Part shown: piece by piece, positions 25,751 through 40,199 of the stretch
How positions within the stretch are numbered: the first letter of the stretch is position 1
How the letters are laid out: the number at the start of each line of letters is the position of its first letter
Assembly (NCBI GenBank): GCA_951406725.2
Contig: OX597830.1
Location: 64,232,001 to 64,296,000 of the forward strand
Direction: 5' to 3'
From: Octopus vulgaris
Lineage: Eukaryota
Length of the DNA stretch: 64,000 nt
The notes under the pieces: generated by a model
The model's database searches: none
What the model saw: the letters and a program-made list of their open reading frames with translations, nothing else
What the model was told of the DNA's origin: nothing
Translations under genes and position numbers: made by a program

Positions 25751-26159
25751 AACTCAGCGGGATGGCAGAATCGTCACCGCGCCGGGTAAAACGCTTAGCG
25801 GCATTTCGTTCGTCTTTACTTCTGACTCCAAATTCCGCCGAGGTCGACTCGGCAAGAAAGTCACCATGGCAGCTGAAACCGGCTCAAGATAGTTGTGGTT
25901 GGTAAGAGGCAGCGGACGCATCTCTTCTGCAGGCGAAAGCTATTAAACTCCTCGCTGCCCTACATAGGTGGAGCTTACAGGCTGAGGGGCGAAACACTTG
26001 TGACCCTGACATTCCTGCTGATGATATGGAAGGGTTTGTAAAGGATTTCTAAAATTGCATTTGGTCACTATCAGAAGCGTTTGCAAGAGATATTTCTTGC
26101 AATTTCTGCGTTGGGTAAATCAAGTCGTTGTAAATCAATTCACCTGTATATTGAGCTTT

Positions 26160-26193
26160 TGTCTGCCTGTCTGTCAGTCTGTCTATCTATCTA

Positions 26194-26279
<86 letters not shown>

Positions 26280-26281
26280 CA

Positions 26282-26341
<60 letters not shown>

Positions 26342-26376
26342 CATCCATCCATCCATCATCTATCTATCTATCTATA

Positions 26377-26433
<57 letters not shown>

Positions 26434-26535
26434 GTCTGTCTGTCTGTCTGCTTGTCTGTCTGTCTTTCAGTCTCTCTATTTATCTATCAATCTTTCCTTT
26501 ATACATTTTTTTTCGTTATCTATCTATCTATCTCT
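26160..26535. repeat. (CTGT)n/(CTAT)n microsatellite
   Basis: Seen directly. Confidence 0.95.
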
Positions 26536-26827
26536 ATTTCTTATATTTATCATAGGTATGTGGATATTTGTCTATTGTGTGTATATTACACAGTTTGCAT
26601 CTGTTTTTTCTCCCTTCCGTCTTTCGTCGTCGTGTTACGTGGTGGTGGTGGTGGTGGATGTTGTCTTATTTGTGTTTTTCTGTTGAGGCTCGGTCCGCCT
26701 ATTGTTATGTGTGTCGCCTCTGTAATCTGTCCAAGCGTCGTATCAGCTGTATGCGTTATTAACCGATTTTCTATGTTCTGCTTTCTTTCTTTGAGCCTTT
26801 CTCCTCTCTTATGAGTTTAAACGTAGT

Positions 26828-27397
26828 CTGTATTTATATGAATAATATATAGTCTGTTGACTACATTTTTACACGCTAGGCCACTAGTAATGGAAATTTC
26901 TAATATTTCAGATTACCCTATGATATTAATTGTTGACGATTTTTTCTTGGATAATTTTCGAAATGAAAAAAGCCGGCATATTTATTTACTGCCGACAAGG
27001 AGCTGCGCTTGCGCGGTAGATTTGAAAAATTAGAATGTATAAGCACGGCGGCATATATTGGATTGCCTCGTGTATATATATTTAATCTAAGGTGTACCTG
27101 CTGAAGAAGGCTTCGCCTAGCAAATTACTTTATTTTCTAAAAAAAGTCTGAAACCATTGGTCCGGGAGTTAGGTCGTAAATGTTTTTATTTTTCATTCCC
27201 TTCAAAATTTTATCCCTAATAGTGGCTTGGAATTTAACTGTCCTCTCTAGCGTGTGGGCAGTCCTATGATGGATACTTATTATAAGTTTAAATGTACACT
27301 GTATTTATATGAATAATATATAGTCTATTGACTAAATTTCTACACGATAGGCCACTGGTAATGGAAATTTCTAATATTTCAGATTACCCTTTGATAT
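26828..27397 (+). mobile_element. HHR-containing non-coding element with ~99-bp direct terminal repeats (period 471 bp)
   Basis: 26828-26926 is similar to 27299-27397. A related end occurs on the minus strand at 43552-43636. Confidence 0.65.
27097..27166 (+). ncRNA. Type-I hammerhead motif with canonical core and long loop II
   Basis: CCTG CTGAAGA AGGCTT...AAGTCT GAAAC-cattg-GTC CGGG. Confidence 0.6.
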
Positions 27398-27415
27398 ACA
27401 TGCATATATATATAT

Positions 27416-27479
<64 letters not shown>

Positions 27480-27636
27480 CGGGGAGCTTTATTTTGGTTT
27501 GTGTCTATGTTTTCGTTTCTCTATGTGTTCGACGTCCCTTTGGTGTCCTGTACTCACATATATGCGTGTATATGTACATGTAGAGGTAGGTACGTACATA
27601 TATGTTTATATATATGCATATGTTTTATTTCATTTA

Positions 27637-27673
<37 letters not shown>

Positions 27674-28282
27674 TGCATCTTATTGTAAAAACAGCTGTAA
27701 GCTGTTTTTACAATGACGTTCATAAGGTAATCGCTTATTCTTTTGACATCTTTTCTCTTATTAGCGCTCTGTACTCGACTAACGCTTCATTGAGGAACAT
27801 ATGTATATTGAGTTCTACAGTTGGCTATTAGTTTCACAGTGTGTGTGTGTGTGTGTGTGTGTACATAGGCATAAGCTTGACACATGGAAATGTATGCATG
27901 CATCTGTGTGCGCGTATTATGACTGTATGTGAGCGCTTAGCTTCGTCTGACATGAAAGGACCAAATAAAATGAAATAAAATAAAATAAATAAAATTATAA
28001 TAATTTGCTGAGAGCGGAGTTCGGTGGGTATGTTGTAAGAAGAGGGGGTGGGACCAGGTAGGGGTGGTGGTCGTCTGACAGTTCCCACGCTTCATTCTAG
28101 AAACAATGTCTCTCTTTCATTACATCCTTCCTTCCAGCACTCACATACTCCCTTCACCTCTCTAACTTCCCCTCCCCCTCTCTCTCTGTACCTCTTTCTC
28201 TCTCTCCATCACCCTTTCTCCCTCCCTCCACCTCTGTTACGTTTGACACACTTCCTAGCACTTTTACACCCTTACCTCCTAC

Positions 28283-28323
<41 letters not shown>

Positions 28324-28689
28324 ATCTGTCTTTTTTCTTCATTTTACTCCTCCCTCTCTCTACCCTGTGTGTCTTTTATTCTCTCTTCACACTTACATAT
28401 GCACGCAAACACACACGCACACACACACACACGCATATATAAATACGCATACACATACTCTCTCTCTTTCTCGCGCACACACGCACACACACTGTTTCAC
28501 GCATTCAAACACACATATACACATATCTCCCCACACATACACACACTCACACTAACACCTCTCTCTCTTTCTCTCTCTCTCTCACAAACACTCAAACACA
28601 GAACAACACATTCAAATACATTCTCCTTCTCCCACCCCGTATCTCTCTCTCTCTCTCTCTTACATACACACACATACGCACTCATTCAA

Positions 28690-29028
28690 AAACACATACA
28701 ATCTCACAAACACATACAATCTCACAAACACATACAATCTCACAAACATACACCCTTAAACACACACACACATCCTCAAACACACACACACCCTCAAGCA
28801 CACACACACACTCAAACACACACACACCCTCAAACACACACACACCCTCAAACACACACACACACACACCCTCAAGCACACGCACACCCTCAAACACACA
28901 CACCCTCAAACACACACACGCACACACACACACCCTCAAGCACACACACACCCTCAAGCACACACACACCCTCAAACACACACGCCCTCAAGCACACACA
29001 CACCCTCAAGCACACACACACACCCTCA

Positions 29029-29060
<32 letters not shown>
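28690..29060. repeat. CACACACCCTCAA-type minisatellite (~16-18-bp units)
   Basis: Seen directly. Confidence 0.9.
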
Positions 29061-29062
<2 letters not shown>

Positions 29063-29789
29063 ATTCTTTTTATTACACCACCTGAAGTGACTGAGATATG
29101 ACACTGGAGAGTCATAATTAAACACTCAGAAAAGAACAATACGACGATGATGATGATGGTCGTGATGATGATGATAATGATGATGGGGATGATGATGAAG
29201 ATGATGATAATGATGATGGGAATGAGGACTAGGGGGAGGAGGAGAAGGAGGAGGAGAAGGATGACCACGATGATCATGAGAATGATGTTATGATAATGAT
29301 GAGTATGAGGATGAAGAAGGTGACGATGAGGAGGAGGAGGAGGAAGCGGAGAAGGACGACGATGTCGATTGCGATTGTGATGATGATGATGATGATGACG
29401 ACGACGACGACGATGATGATGATGATGATGATGATGATGAAGACAGTGATGGTGATGTCAAGTAAAAAGTAGGTAGGAAAGAAGAAATACAAAAAGTAGT
29501 AGCAGCAGCAGCAGCAGTAGAAGTAGCTGTTATTATTGTAGCAGAGGCGATGTTGGTGGTGGAGGTTATGGCAGTCGTCGTCGTCATCGTAGTTGTCGTA
29601 GTGATAGTAATAATGGGTGTAGTAATAGAAATAATAATATTGATAATAATAATTATAATGTAGGTAGTCGTAGTAGGAGCGGTACTTAGCAAATTAACCA
29701 GATGCACCCGAAATTGGCCCCAAAGAAAGGAGTTGCCTCCGAAAGGTCAAATGGCAGTTTTTACATGGCTTCGGCAATGTACAACAACC

Positions 29790-30167
29790 TGAAGGCGGCG
29801 AGCTGGCAGAAAAGTTAGCACGCCGGGCGAAATGCTTAGCGGTATTTCGTCTGCCGTTACATTCCGAGTTCAAATTCCGCCGAGGTCGAATTTGCCTTTC
29901 ATCCTTTCGGGGTCGATAAATTAAGAGCCAGTTACGCACTGGAGCCGATGTAATCGACTTAATCCGTTTGCCTGTCCTTGTTTGTCCTCTTGTGGGTAGT
30001 AAAGAAATAGGGATTTCGTCTGCCGTTACGTTCTGAGTTCAAATTCCGTCGAGGTCGACTTTGCCTTTCATCCTTTCGGGGTCGCTAAATTAAGTATCAG
30101 TTGTGTACTGGGGTCGATCTAATCGACTGGCCCCCTCCCCCAAAATTGTGTTTAGAGCAGAAAAGAA
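29790..30167 (+). mobile_element. Family-A SINE dimer
   Basis: Head-body-tail1 then body-tail2. Flanking ACAAC(A/C)ACCTGA direct repeat. Confidence 0.9.
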
Positions 30168-30629
30168 TTTACAACCACCTGAGCGCTGTGCGTTGACCAA
30201 GGAAATATTTAATCTGATTGGAATGTAAGCTTTTTTTTTTTTTGTGTGCTGAAGGAAGAGGTTCTACTTAGTCAGAAGGTCCAATTACTGCCAATAAATA
30301 TCCCGAACGAGATCTCGTATGTCATGGCTAAGGACGAACACTGAGGCTTCTATATTTGTAGAAAACCCGGGTCAGCGACGACGAAGAACCACTTTAATTG
30401 CTGCTCCTATAATATCTCTTTCACTAAGTCGTCGCTTTAACAGAGTTACCGGCCTCGGTCAAGCACAAAGCCAGATTAGTGTTTAGAATTTGTGCTGTCG
30501 CCAGGCATTCGTCAGGCATTCAGTAGCATAGTGTGGGTTGCCGGCACCATCACCTAAAGCAAGGCAGGTATTGCAGGAAGGTCAATACTCGTCAAAGGAT
30601 AAGCCAAACATTCTCTAACTACTATTGTT

Positions 30630-31910
30630 TAATATTTTAAAAGGAGTATTGGAGGTTGGTTCGTATTGCAATTTCTTGTTCGATTTAGTATGGAAGTAAT
30701 ATTAACAATTATCTAAATATCAAGATATACTTAAGAAGTTAGCTATGCTTATATTTATATCTACCATGACTTTTAAATCTAACCTTTGTTCACGTTGATA
30801 GACATCTTCAGAACATTATATATTTTATAGTCATCTTGCAAAAGCAATAGATTTAACTCTATATTTACGTAAAGTAGATAGAAACCTTATTGCAGTAAGT
30901 TAATAGATTAATATAAATTCAAATCAACCTCCGATAATCCTTAGAAGCTTAGTCAATAGTGAGTGCATATCTAAATTATACTTTGACGAAAAATTCTTTA
31001 ATGGTAATGCTTATTATCCCCCAAACACAATAAAAGACAATGTCATCAAAGACAGAATATATAACAGCACTTATATCAAGAATGCAAGCATAGGAAACGA
31101 AAGACTATATAATGTAATCCTTCATATAGTTTAAATGGATTTGCAGAAAACTTATATGAACAAGAATTTTCGCGCAAGCTAATGAAATATTGCTGTGGTG
31201 ATTCACTCTTGTACTAAAGTCTTCACTGCTTCCATAGCTAGCTTAAACAGAAAACCATTCCAATGTGAACACAAAAACTCTCTTCTTTTATGTAAAATCT
31301 ATAACCTTAATACTTACCCACTGGGTGGTGTGTGTCCTATTAAAACTTTTCTTCATGAAGCTAATGTCTCTCTTGGAAAAAATAGCAGACCAAAAAGTTA
31401 TACGAAGTTTACTCAAAATCCCTTTAAAAGATTCGTACAACATATGTATAAATTTAGATACACAGAAGGACACCTCACCTCACTGAAGGCGGCGAGCTGG
31501 CAGAAACGTTAGCACGCCGGGCGAAGTGCTCAGCGGTAATTCGTCTGACGCTACGTTCTGAGTTCAAATTCCGCCGAGGTCGACTTTGCCTTTCATCCAT
31601 TCGAGGTCGATAAATTAAGTACCAGTTACGCTTTGTCTGTCCGTGTTTGTCCCCTCTATGTTTAGCCCCTTGTGGGCAATAAAGAAATAAGAAGAACACC
31701 TCACTACCCATTAATCTAAATATATCTGTGATTTAACGAATGATAAAAGCAATTATTGGATCGATTCGTTCAGAGGTCGAGTATTTTGTTTTGTCGGAAG
31801 AATATTTCATTCTTTCACAAAATTTTATCATTTTGAACAAAAGATCAGAATTGGTGAAGTTTTGTAGATGCAACCATAGATACTTATTGAGGAATTTCAA
31901 AATACCAATT
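30630..31910 (+). pseudogene. Decayed Penelope-like element ORF (RT C-terminus plus GIY-YIG endonuclease)
   Basis: Peptides INSNQPPIILRSLVNS..ISKL (PLE thumb SNHPP motif), YPLGGVCPIKTFLHEANV...KSYTKFTQNPFKRF (GIY-YIG region) and EYFIL...LNKRSELVKFCRCNHRYLLRNFK (PLE C-terminus). Many stops and frameshifts. Confidence 0.75.
31485..31692 (+). mobile_element. Family-A SINE inserted into the PLE ORF
   Basis: CACCTCACT direct repeat on both sides. Confidence 0.9.
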
Positions 31911-32401
31911 AGTTCTGGAATGGTCTGTTCCCTACACAATCGGTTTATCATAATCAGAAAACTGGTCACGTACTGAAAAAAAAAATGTTGTTCATCAATA
32001 TTAAAATTACATTTTCAAAAGCCACTTTTTTCATTTTTGTGTTTTACACATATGATACAAAAGACATAAGAATATCACGTGGTTTTACATGTAAATTGCT
32101 ATGCATATCATGAATTCTGCAATTGGCTATTGAATGTGTGATCCATTTTCGTTTTGAGTAACCAGTCAATACTCTATGGCCCAACCATATTTTGATGTAC
32201 TTGCGAATTTTATTTTTTATTTTTATATCTCCACTACTTCTGTTCAAGCGTCTGGATAACGGGTAACAGGAAACTCTGAAGAAATATACATACTCTACGT
32301 ACTGAATAAGCTATCTTTGTGTCTCAAGCTCGTATATGCATGCATGTTTACATATATGTGAATGTACACACAACAAAGTGTGTGTGTATATATACATATA
32401 C

Positions 32402-32513
<112 letters not shown>

Positions 32514-33104
32514 TGTGTGTTAATGGTATGTATATGTATCTGTATACATACATACACACTCTTGCATACGCATATTTATGTATGTGCACATGCATGCGCT
32601 TTTATCGCGATAGTTAAGTCAAAGCTATGTGGTGTGGTATATAATTTCTCTCACATTTTCCCATTTCCTCTCTCCCTCTTTCTCTACCTCTCTCACTCCC
32701 ATTCTCTAAGCCCCCATTTATCTCATGAACGTTCGTGTTACACATGTTCCTATACACATTTGATATATACAATCTCTCTGCGCATTTGTGTAGCAGATTT
32801 ATTCTCGAAACCGGAAGTGACATCTCACCAGAGACGCTAAGATGTTAGTTGTACTGCAATTTGATTTAATAGTTTGGAATGTAATTAAAAGCTACGATAA
32901 TTTACACGGAATGCGTTACATATTTCTTGCTAAATATTTGCAATATAATGGAAGCTATAAACATCATTAGAAAGGTTTAAAATCAAATTAAATCGCATGT
33001 TTATTAGTGAATCAAAGCCATTAATCTTCAGTGACACTATAAAGCTGTCATAACAGGAATCCTTTTAAATGCTTGTAGTCTGTTTCGTATGAAACCGGTT
33101 CGCT

Positions 33105-34012
33105 GGTAAAACGGCGCGGACTACAAAAACTGCTTAGCGACATTTCGTCCGTCTTTAGTTTTAAGTTCAAATACCACCGAGGTAGACTTTACCTTTCATC
33201 GATTGAGGGTCGAAAAAATAAGTACCAGTTGAGCACTGAGATTGATGTAATCGACTTATCACTTTCCCCGAAATTGCTGGCCTTGTACCAAAATTTGGAA
33301 CCACGATAATTATTATGTAAGGCGGCGAGCTGGCAGAATCTCTCTCTATATAAACGGCAGTTTGTCTGTCTGCGTGTCTGTGTGTCTGTTTGGTTGTACC
33401 CTCACTCTGACCACGGCTTTCAACCGATTCTGATGAAACTTGACACACACATAGCCCAATGTCATAATTCAAAACTAACGCAGCGAAAATTTTGAAAAGT
33501 TCCCCCAGTTCTGAAAAAAATCGGCAAATTCGACATGGGGTCGAGAATCAGAAACACAAACCACAGACTGTCTAGGGGACGCAACTCGACCTTTTTAACT
33601 CTCAAAAAAATTTACCATCATTTTTTCCCCATTTTTTTGCTATTTTTTGGCTATAGATCTCTAAAAATGCTTTATAGTTATTTCCCTTACAAACCCGAGC
33701 AACGCCGGGCGATACTGCTAGTCGTTAATACGTCGGACAAAGCGCTCGGCAGCATTTCTTCAGGCTTTACGTTCTGAGTTCAAATTCTACCTGTAGAGTT
33801 TTGAGGTCAATGTAATCGACAATTCCCCTTTCCCCATATTTCAGCCTTTATGTTTATAGTAGAGGGGATTAAGGCAGCAAGCTGGGAGAATCGTTAGCAC
33901 ACCGGACTAAATACTTAGCAGCGTTTCGTCCGTATTTACATTCTGAGTTCTAATTCTACCGAGGTCACCTTTGCTTTTCATCCTCTCGGGGTGGATAAAT
34001 TAAGTACCAGTA
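33105..34012 (+). mobile_element. Tandem family-A SINEs, one split by a Helitron
   Basis: SINE head breaks at GCAGAA (33338) and resumes TCGTTAATACG at 33722. Confidence 0.8.
33339..33721 (+). mobile_element. Non-autonomous Helitron with a distinct 5' end and the shared X/Y 3' end
   Basis: Precise A|T insertion, TC start, CCCGAGCAACGCCGGG hairpin plus CTAG end. Confidence 0.9.
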
Positions 34013-34017
34013 AGTCG

Positions 34018-34350
34018 ATGTGTGTCCTTTATACAAATCCGCAATTTTTCAGTTAGAGGGCTCGCACTTTCTATGGTCATTCAAAACCGTCCAAGGGTGG
34101 TCGTGCACATCTTTACATTTCCCCAGTCAGCCCGCAAAGCCATTAAAAAATAAATAGAAGTGACTTTTTTGTGAATTTTCTATCCAAAACCCAATCAAAA
34201 TGCCCGAAACTTGATACGCCAATTGAATGCCAGCTAGCTGTATGTGATTGGTCGGAGATTTGGACAGTACTCGCGTGTATATGCGCACGCAGGTTGCTGT
34301 ATATGCATGCACTAGCACTATGACTCCGTGTTGCTGGGTCATAGTGCTAG
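34018..34350 (+). mobile_element. 5'-truncated Helitron-like element with a palindromic 3' terminus
   Basis: Ends ACTAGCACTATGAC...GTCATAGTGCTAG|T. Confidence 0.55.
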
Positions 34351-34927
34351 TTATTATTATTAAGACGGCGGGCTGGCAGAATCGTTACCGCACTGGACAA
34401 AATGTATTTCGTGTATTTCGTTCGTCTTTACGCTCTGAGCTCAAATGCCGCCAGGATCGACTTGGCCTTAACAATTGCTGACCTTGAACCAAAAATTGAA
34501 ATCACTGCTTAAGCGTTTTCTTTTTCAAAGTTACCCTTATGATTTGGGCCGGTGCAGGCTGTGTATTTGCTACAGAAATATTTGTCAATCTGTAAAATGG
34601 AGAAGGTTTTGTAACAGTTTATACTCGAGTTTACTGAACCCCAGAAGGAAGAAAGACAAAAAATGAGCTCGGTCCTTTTGAAACCAGTACACAATGGGTT
34701 TTGTACACTATGATTCTTTCTACTGTATCTTTTATCTTTTAATTGTTTCAGGCATTAGACTGCGGCCATGCTGGTGCACGCCTTGAAGAATCTTTAGTCG
34801 ACTGAATCAACTACAGCACTTCCTTTTTTTTTATTCTATGTCTCTTTTTCCAAACCGCTAAATTATGGATACGTAAACACACCAACACCGATTCTCAAGC
34901 GGTGCTAATAGCCACAAAGACACACAC

Positions 34928-35006
<79 letters not shown>

Positions 35007-35009
<3 letters not shown>

Positions 35010-35223
35010 TAAATATTTGTTGTGCAAGATTTTTATGTATGAATGTCATATTGTATAAAACACAACTATATATTTGGTGTTATTTTCTCATATATTTATT
35101 TTTTACTTTGTAAGATTAAGATTAATGTAAAAAATAAATATCATGAAGCAAAATAACACCAAATATATAGTGCGTGTGTTTTTATTGGCTAAACTGGCAA
35201 TATGACCATTCCGAAATATAACA

Positions 35224-35226
<3 letters not shown>
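35007..35226 (-). mobile_element. Second fold-back copy of the 21594-22137 PLE-type family in (TA)n
   Basis: 35111-35226 matches 21966-22082. 35007-35038 is the reverse complement of the tail at 22103-22136. Confidence 0.8.
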
Positions 35227-35257
<31 letters not shown>

Positions 35258-36996
35258 GTATGTATATATATATTTGTATGTATGTATGTATGTATGTATG
35301 TATATATATGTATGTATGTATTACCCACAAGGGGCTAAATACAGAATAATCCAATTACAAGACAAATATATACAAAGACAAACTCGGGGAACCTAAAATA
35401 CAAAAGAAGATGAAATAAGAATAGAAAAATTAAAAGTAACGAATGGTAATATGAAAAGAGTATAAATGAGGCGCAATGCCCACTCGATCCCTGAAATCGA
35501 GTGGTTACATTTCGACAGTTTTTTTCTTTTTCATATAATGAATGCACATTTCTAAAGGGATTTTTCTCCTTCACATTTTACACACAATTTCATGTTTTAA
35601 GTCTTATTTTTTCAACTCTTTATATTCGATTAGACCCCTGACAAAATATCGTAACGCATTTTGTACGTTAAAAACAATAGTATTTGTACAGCCAAAGCGA
35701 ATATAATAATTGGTTTTTTTTTTTATTTAAGTACAAAGGCGAGCAGTTTTGAGGGAAGGGGCTTAGCTGATAATTTTATCTTATTGAATCAGGAGAGATC
35801 AAAGACAAAAGTGATCTCAGCGGGAAATGAATTGAGAAAGTAAATAACTGGAGACAATACTGCAGGACAGTCATTTGCACCGACACTCTAACGATTCTGC
35901 TAGCTCACCGCTTTTTTGCAGACTTATAGTAAATGGGTTGAACAGCTTTCGCTTTTTAAAGGATTTTCAGAAACATGCTTGCGTATGTATGCATGTATAC
36001 CTAAATAGGTATGCGTTTGTATTTATGTGTAGGTGTGTGTATGTGTGCATGTGCATGAATGTGACTTAATACCTATGTCTGTCCTTGTTTGTCCCCTCTG
36101 TGTTTAGCCCCTTGTGGGTAATAAAGAAATATATGTTTGTGTGTGTGTGTGTGTGTGTCCGCCTGTCTGTCTGTCTGTTTTATACGTGTGATTTGCGTTG
36201 CACAGTCGGAATAAATCAGTGCGTGCGTGCGTGTGTGTGAATGTGTATGTTTGTGTGCCTGTGTGTGTGTGTGTCTCTGTGTCTGTGTGTTTGCGCGCGT
36301 ATGCGAGCTTGTGTGAAGGTGTGTATTTTGTTTTACAATGGGAACAAATCAGTGTGTGTCTGTAAGTGTAGGTATGTCTGTGTGTATGCATGTCTGTGCG
36401 TGTGTCTGTCATTTTGTGTGTATGTATGTGTCAGCATTTGTGTGAGCATGAGTGTGTGGTTGTAGGCGTGTGTGTGTCTATTTAAATATACATACTTGAG
36501 TGTCCCCATGTGTATGTGTGTGTGTGTGTTCATGTGTATATGTGTGCATGTGTGTGCGTATGTTTATTTGTCTTGGTGTGTAAATCAACGTGGTGGATAA
36601 GATTTTATACGTTGCAGCTGGAATGGGGCTGAAGTAAAGGACTAAGAAAAAGGGACCTGACAGGAGTGGAGGGGTGGAGCGAGGGTCTATCAAAAGTGTT
36701 CTGGCTAATACTGAACAAGTGTCCGTGATCCCAGCTGAAGCGAGTGACACGGAAGTCGCACTTATTTATTTATGTATTGTGGGCATGCGGCGGCTCGAGG
36801 CGGTTTCTTTACAAATGTAAGAGCCAACGCACACTCCTGCTTAACACAAACCCTAACATACACCAACACGATTTATGTGTGTGTGTATGAGTACGTTTAC
36901 ATGTACTTGCATCCATACAGACACAAACACCTACACACACACACACATATTCACACATACATATATAAGTACATAATATATATATGTATAAATATG

Positions 36997-37033
<37 letters not shown>

Positions 37034-37034
37034 G

Positions 37035-37106
<72 letters not shown>

Positions 37107-37212
37107 CACATTTGCAAAATATATACATACATGGTGCAAAATGGATATACAGATGAGGTAAATGAGTGAAATAGGTTTACGTGTGTATGTATATTTTATA
37201 TATATATATATA

Positions 37213-37267
<55 letters not shown>

Positions 37268-37304
37268 GTGTGTGTGTATATATATACATATATATATATG
37301 TGTG

Positions 37305-37363
<59 letters not shown>

Positions 37364-37660
37364 TGCGTAAGGTTATTTGAGGACATACCTTTTTTTGGGG
37401 TCACTGCTGCATTTTTTTTTTTGCTGACTCTGTATAATCTTTGTTTCAGAAAACAATAATGGCAGACCCTCAGCTTACTCAAGAAATGATGAGTCATGCA
37501 GTTATTGTGGTTATAAGGGCTGAGCATAACAATTTAGAAATATCTCGATTTTTCAAAGTTGCCAGACCTTTCGTCTTCTTACATAATGATATTTCCAAAT
37601 TTCCAGTTATATTTTAATAAACGCCTTAATTTTATAAGTATATTACAAAATAACAAGGTA

Positions 37661-37920
37661 TTGGGTTGGTGCATAATTATTGCGGCTTTTTCCAACAATT
37701 TTTATTCAACAAAAACAAGAACAACATGTAACAAAAACATCCTTAAATGATTATTCCGGAGTATATTCACCATTTACTTCAATTAGTGCTTCCAATTTTC
37801 TTGGCATACGGTCAGACCGTCATTTAAAGATGTTTTTGTTAAATATTGTTATTATTTTTGTTGAATAAAATTTGTTGAAAAAAAAAAGAAAAAAGCCGCA
37901 ATAATTATGCACCAACCCAA
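37661..37920. mobile_element. Mariner-derived MITE with ~90-bp inverted arms
   Basis: TIR TTGGGTTGGTGCATAATTATTGCGGCTTTT resembles Hsmar1/MADE1-type TIRs. TA on the left, TG on the right. Confidence 0.85.
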
Positions 37921-38215
37921 TGCTTATCACTAAGCATTTACGGGAAACCAAAATACATGTAGAGTAATAAGAATAATAAAAAACACCGTAATTACTTTAG
38001 GAAATTTAAATTAACACTCTAGAGTGCTTCGTTATCAGTGATCTGTATGATCTATCTGGCTTTACAATATTTTCTTTCTTTCCCTTTCATCCTTTCACCT
38101 CTCTCAGCAGCGCCACTGCATTCCCTCTTCTAGAAAAAATGAAAGTGGGGATTCCACAATAAAACACACGTCGTGAAAGATTCGGTATGCGGAACTGTAT
38201 GAAACCTATTATATG

Positions 38216-38254
<39 letters not shown>

Positions 38255-38628
38255 ATGTATGTATGTATGTATGTGTGTGTGTATGTATGTATGTATGTAT
38301 GTATGTATGTATGTATGTATGTATGTATGTATGTACGCATGTATGTATGGATATGCGTAAGTGTGTGGGGGGGTGGTGAGGGTGTTTTATATATGCATGT
38401 ACATTCCAACTGGAGGCTTCTTCAAAAGAACCCAATGTCTGGCAATATACAATGAAAAATTCAAAGTTAATTCTGAGAATAATTGAAATATTTAATCTAC
38501 AATCGTTAGTTTAGCAAAATATTCTACATACACACACACACACACACACACATACACACACACACACACAAATATATATATATATATATACGCACACATA
38601 CACACATGTACACACGCACACACACACA

Positions 38629-38759
38629 AAGATTTAATATTGGTTGCAGCTGTTTCATAATTTATTCCAGGTTACATCGTTAAATGCGTATGCATTATTA
38701 ATAATGAAACATGGAGTGAATTACGAAACAGCTGTAAATACAAGCAAATATTAAATCTT
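38629..38759. repeat. Imperfect fold-back with a half hammerhead motif (GAAAC-AGCT-GTA)
   Basis: AAGATTTAATATT...AATATTAAATCTT with internal CAGCTGTTTC/GAAACAGCTG symmetry. Confidence 0.55.
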
Positions 38760-38983
38760 CTTTTACTTCTCAAATCTCTTGACTGTTTTCTTCTCAACAT
38801 ATACTTCACCGTGGAAAAATAACTGCATGCATATCCTTGATTTTCAATTACCTAGTCACGTTAAATTACTTCATAATTTAATTACTGTATGACCTGATAG
38901 TTCCTCAGCTGGAGTGCTTCCCGTGAGTTCTGCTTGATTTCGAATCCAGTTATGTACTTCACACACACACACACACACATACG

Positions 38984-39017
<34 letters not shown>

Positions 39018-39094
39018 TGTATGTATGTGTGTGTCTATGTGTGTATGTATGTATGTATGTATGTATGTATGTATCTATCTATCAATCCATCTTT

Positions 39095-39572
<478 letters not shown>

Positions 39573-40018
39573 ACAAACAGTGAAATTGCAATCATTTCTC
39601 CTGTCACGAAATCCTTTGTTAGAGTGGTGTTTTAGTGGCGTTAGAGTATCGTTCATGCAGTGTCATAGTGGTGTAGGAACAGCATTAGAATGGGTTTAGA
39701 GAAACGCTAGAGTGAGTTTGAGGGATGTCGGAGTGGCATTGAAGTAAAGCAAGCATGAGGGAGTGTTGAGTAGTTCCTGTTTCTATTTATATAATCGAAT
39801 AAACACGGATACTCAGATACATACATGCATGCATACATACATACATAAATACATACGTACGTACATACATACATACATACATACATGCATGCATGCATAC
39901 ATACATACATACATATAAACATACAATCAAGCAGACACACATACGTTTATATAAAAAAAATACATACACATGTGTATGTATACATATGTACATATAAATA
40001 TGTATGAATATATATATC

Positions 40019-40088
<70 letters not shown>

Positions 40089-40106
40089 CATATATCCTTT
40101 GCTTAC

Positions 40107-40137
<31 letters not shown>

Positions 40138-40149
40138 TATATGTACATA

Positions 40150-40199
<50 letters not shown>

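Noticed and set aside
28690-29060. Regularly spaced CCCTCAA repeats as a possible CRISPR array
   Set aside because: The spacers are only CA runs, the context is eukaryotic, and no cas genes are present.
28048-29085. 345-aa ORF, and the many YI, HT, CV and YLSI ORFs across the window
   Set aside because: These are open only because simple repeats lack stop codons.
36560-36830. Unique GC-balanced island as a coding exon
   Set aside because: All three frames after the candidate acceptor hit early stops, and there is no recognisable peptide.
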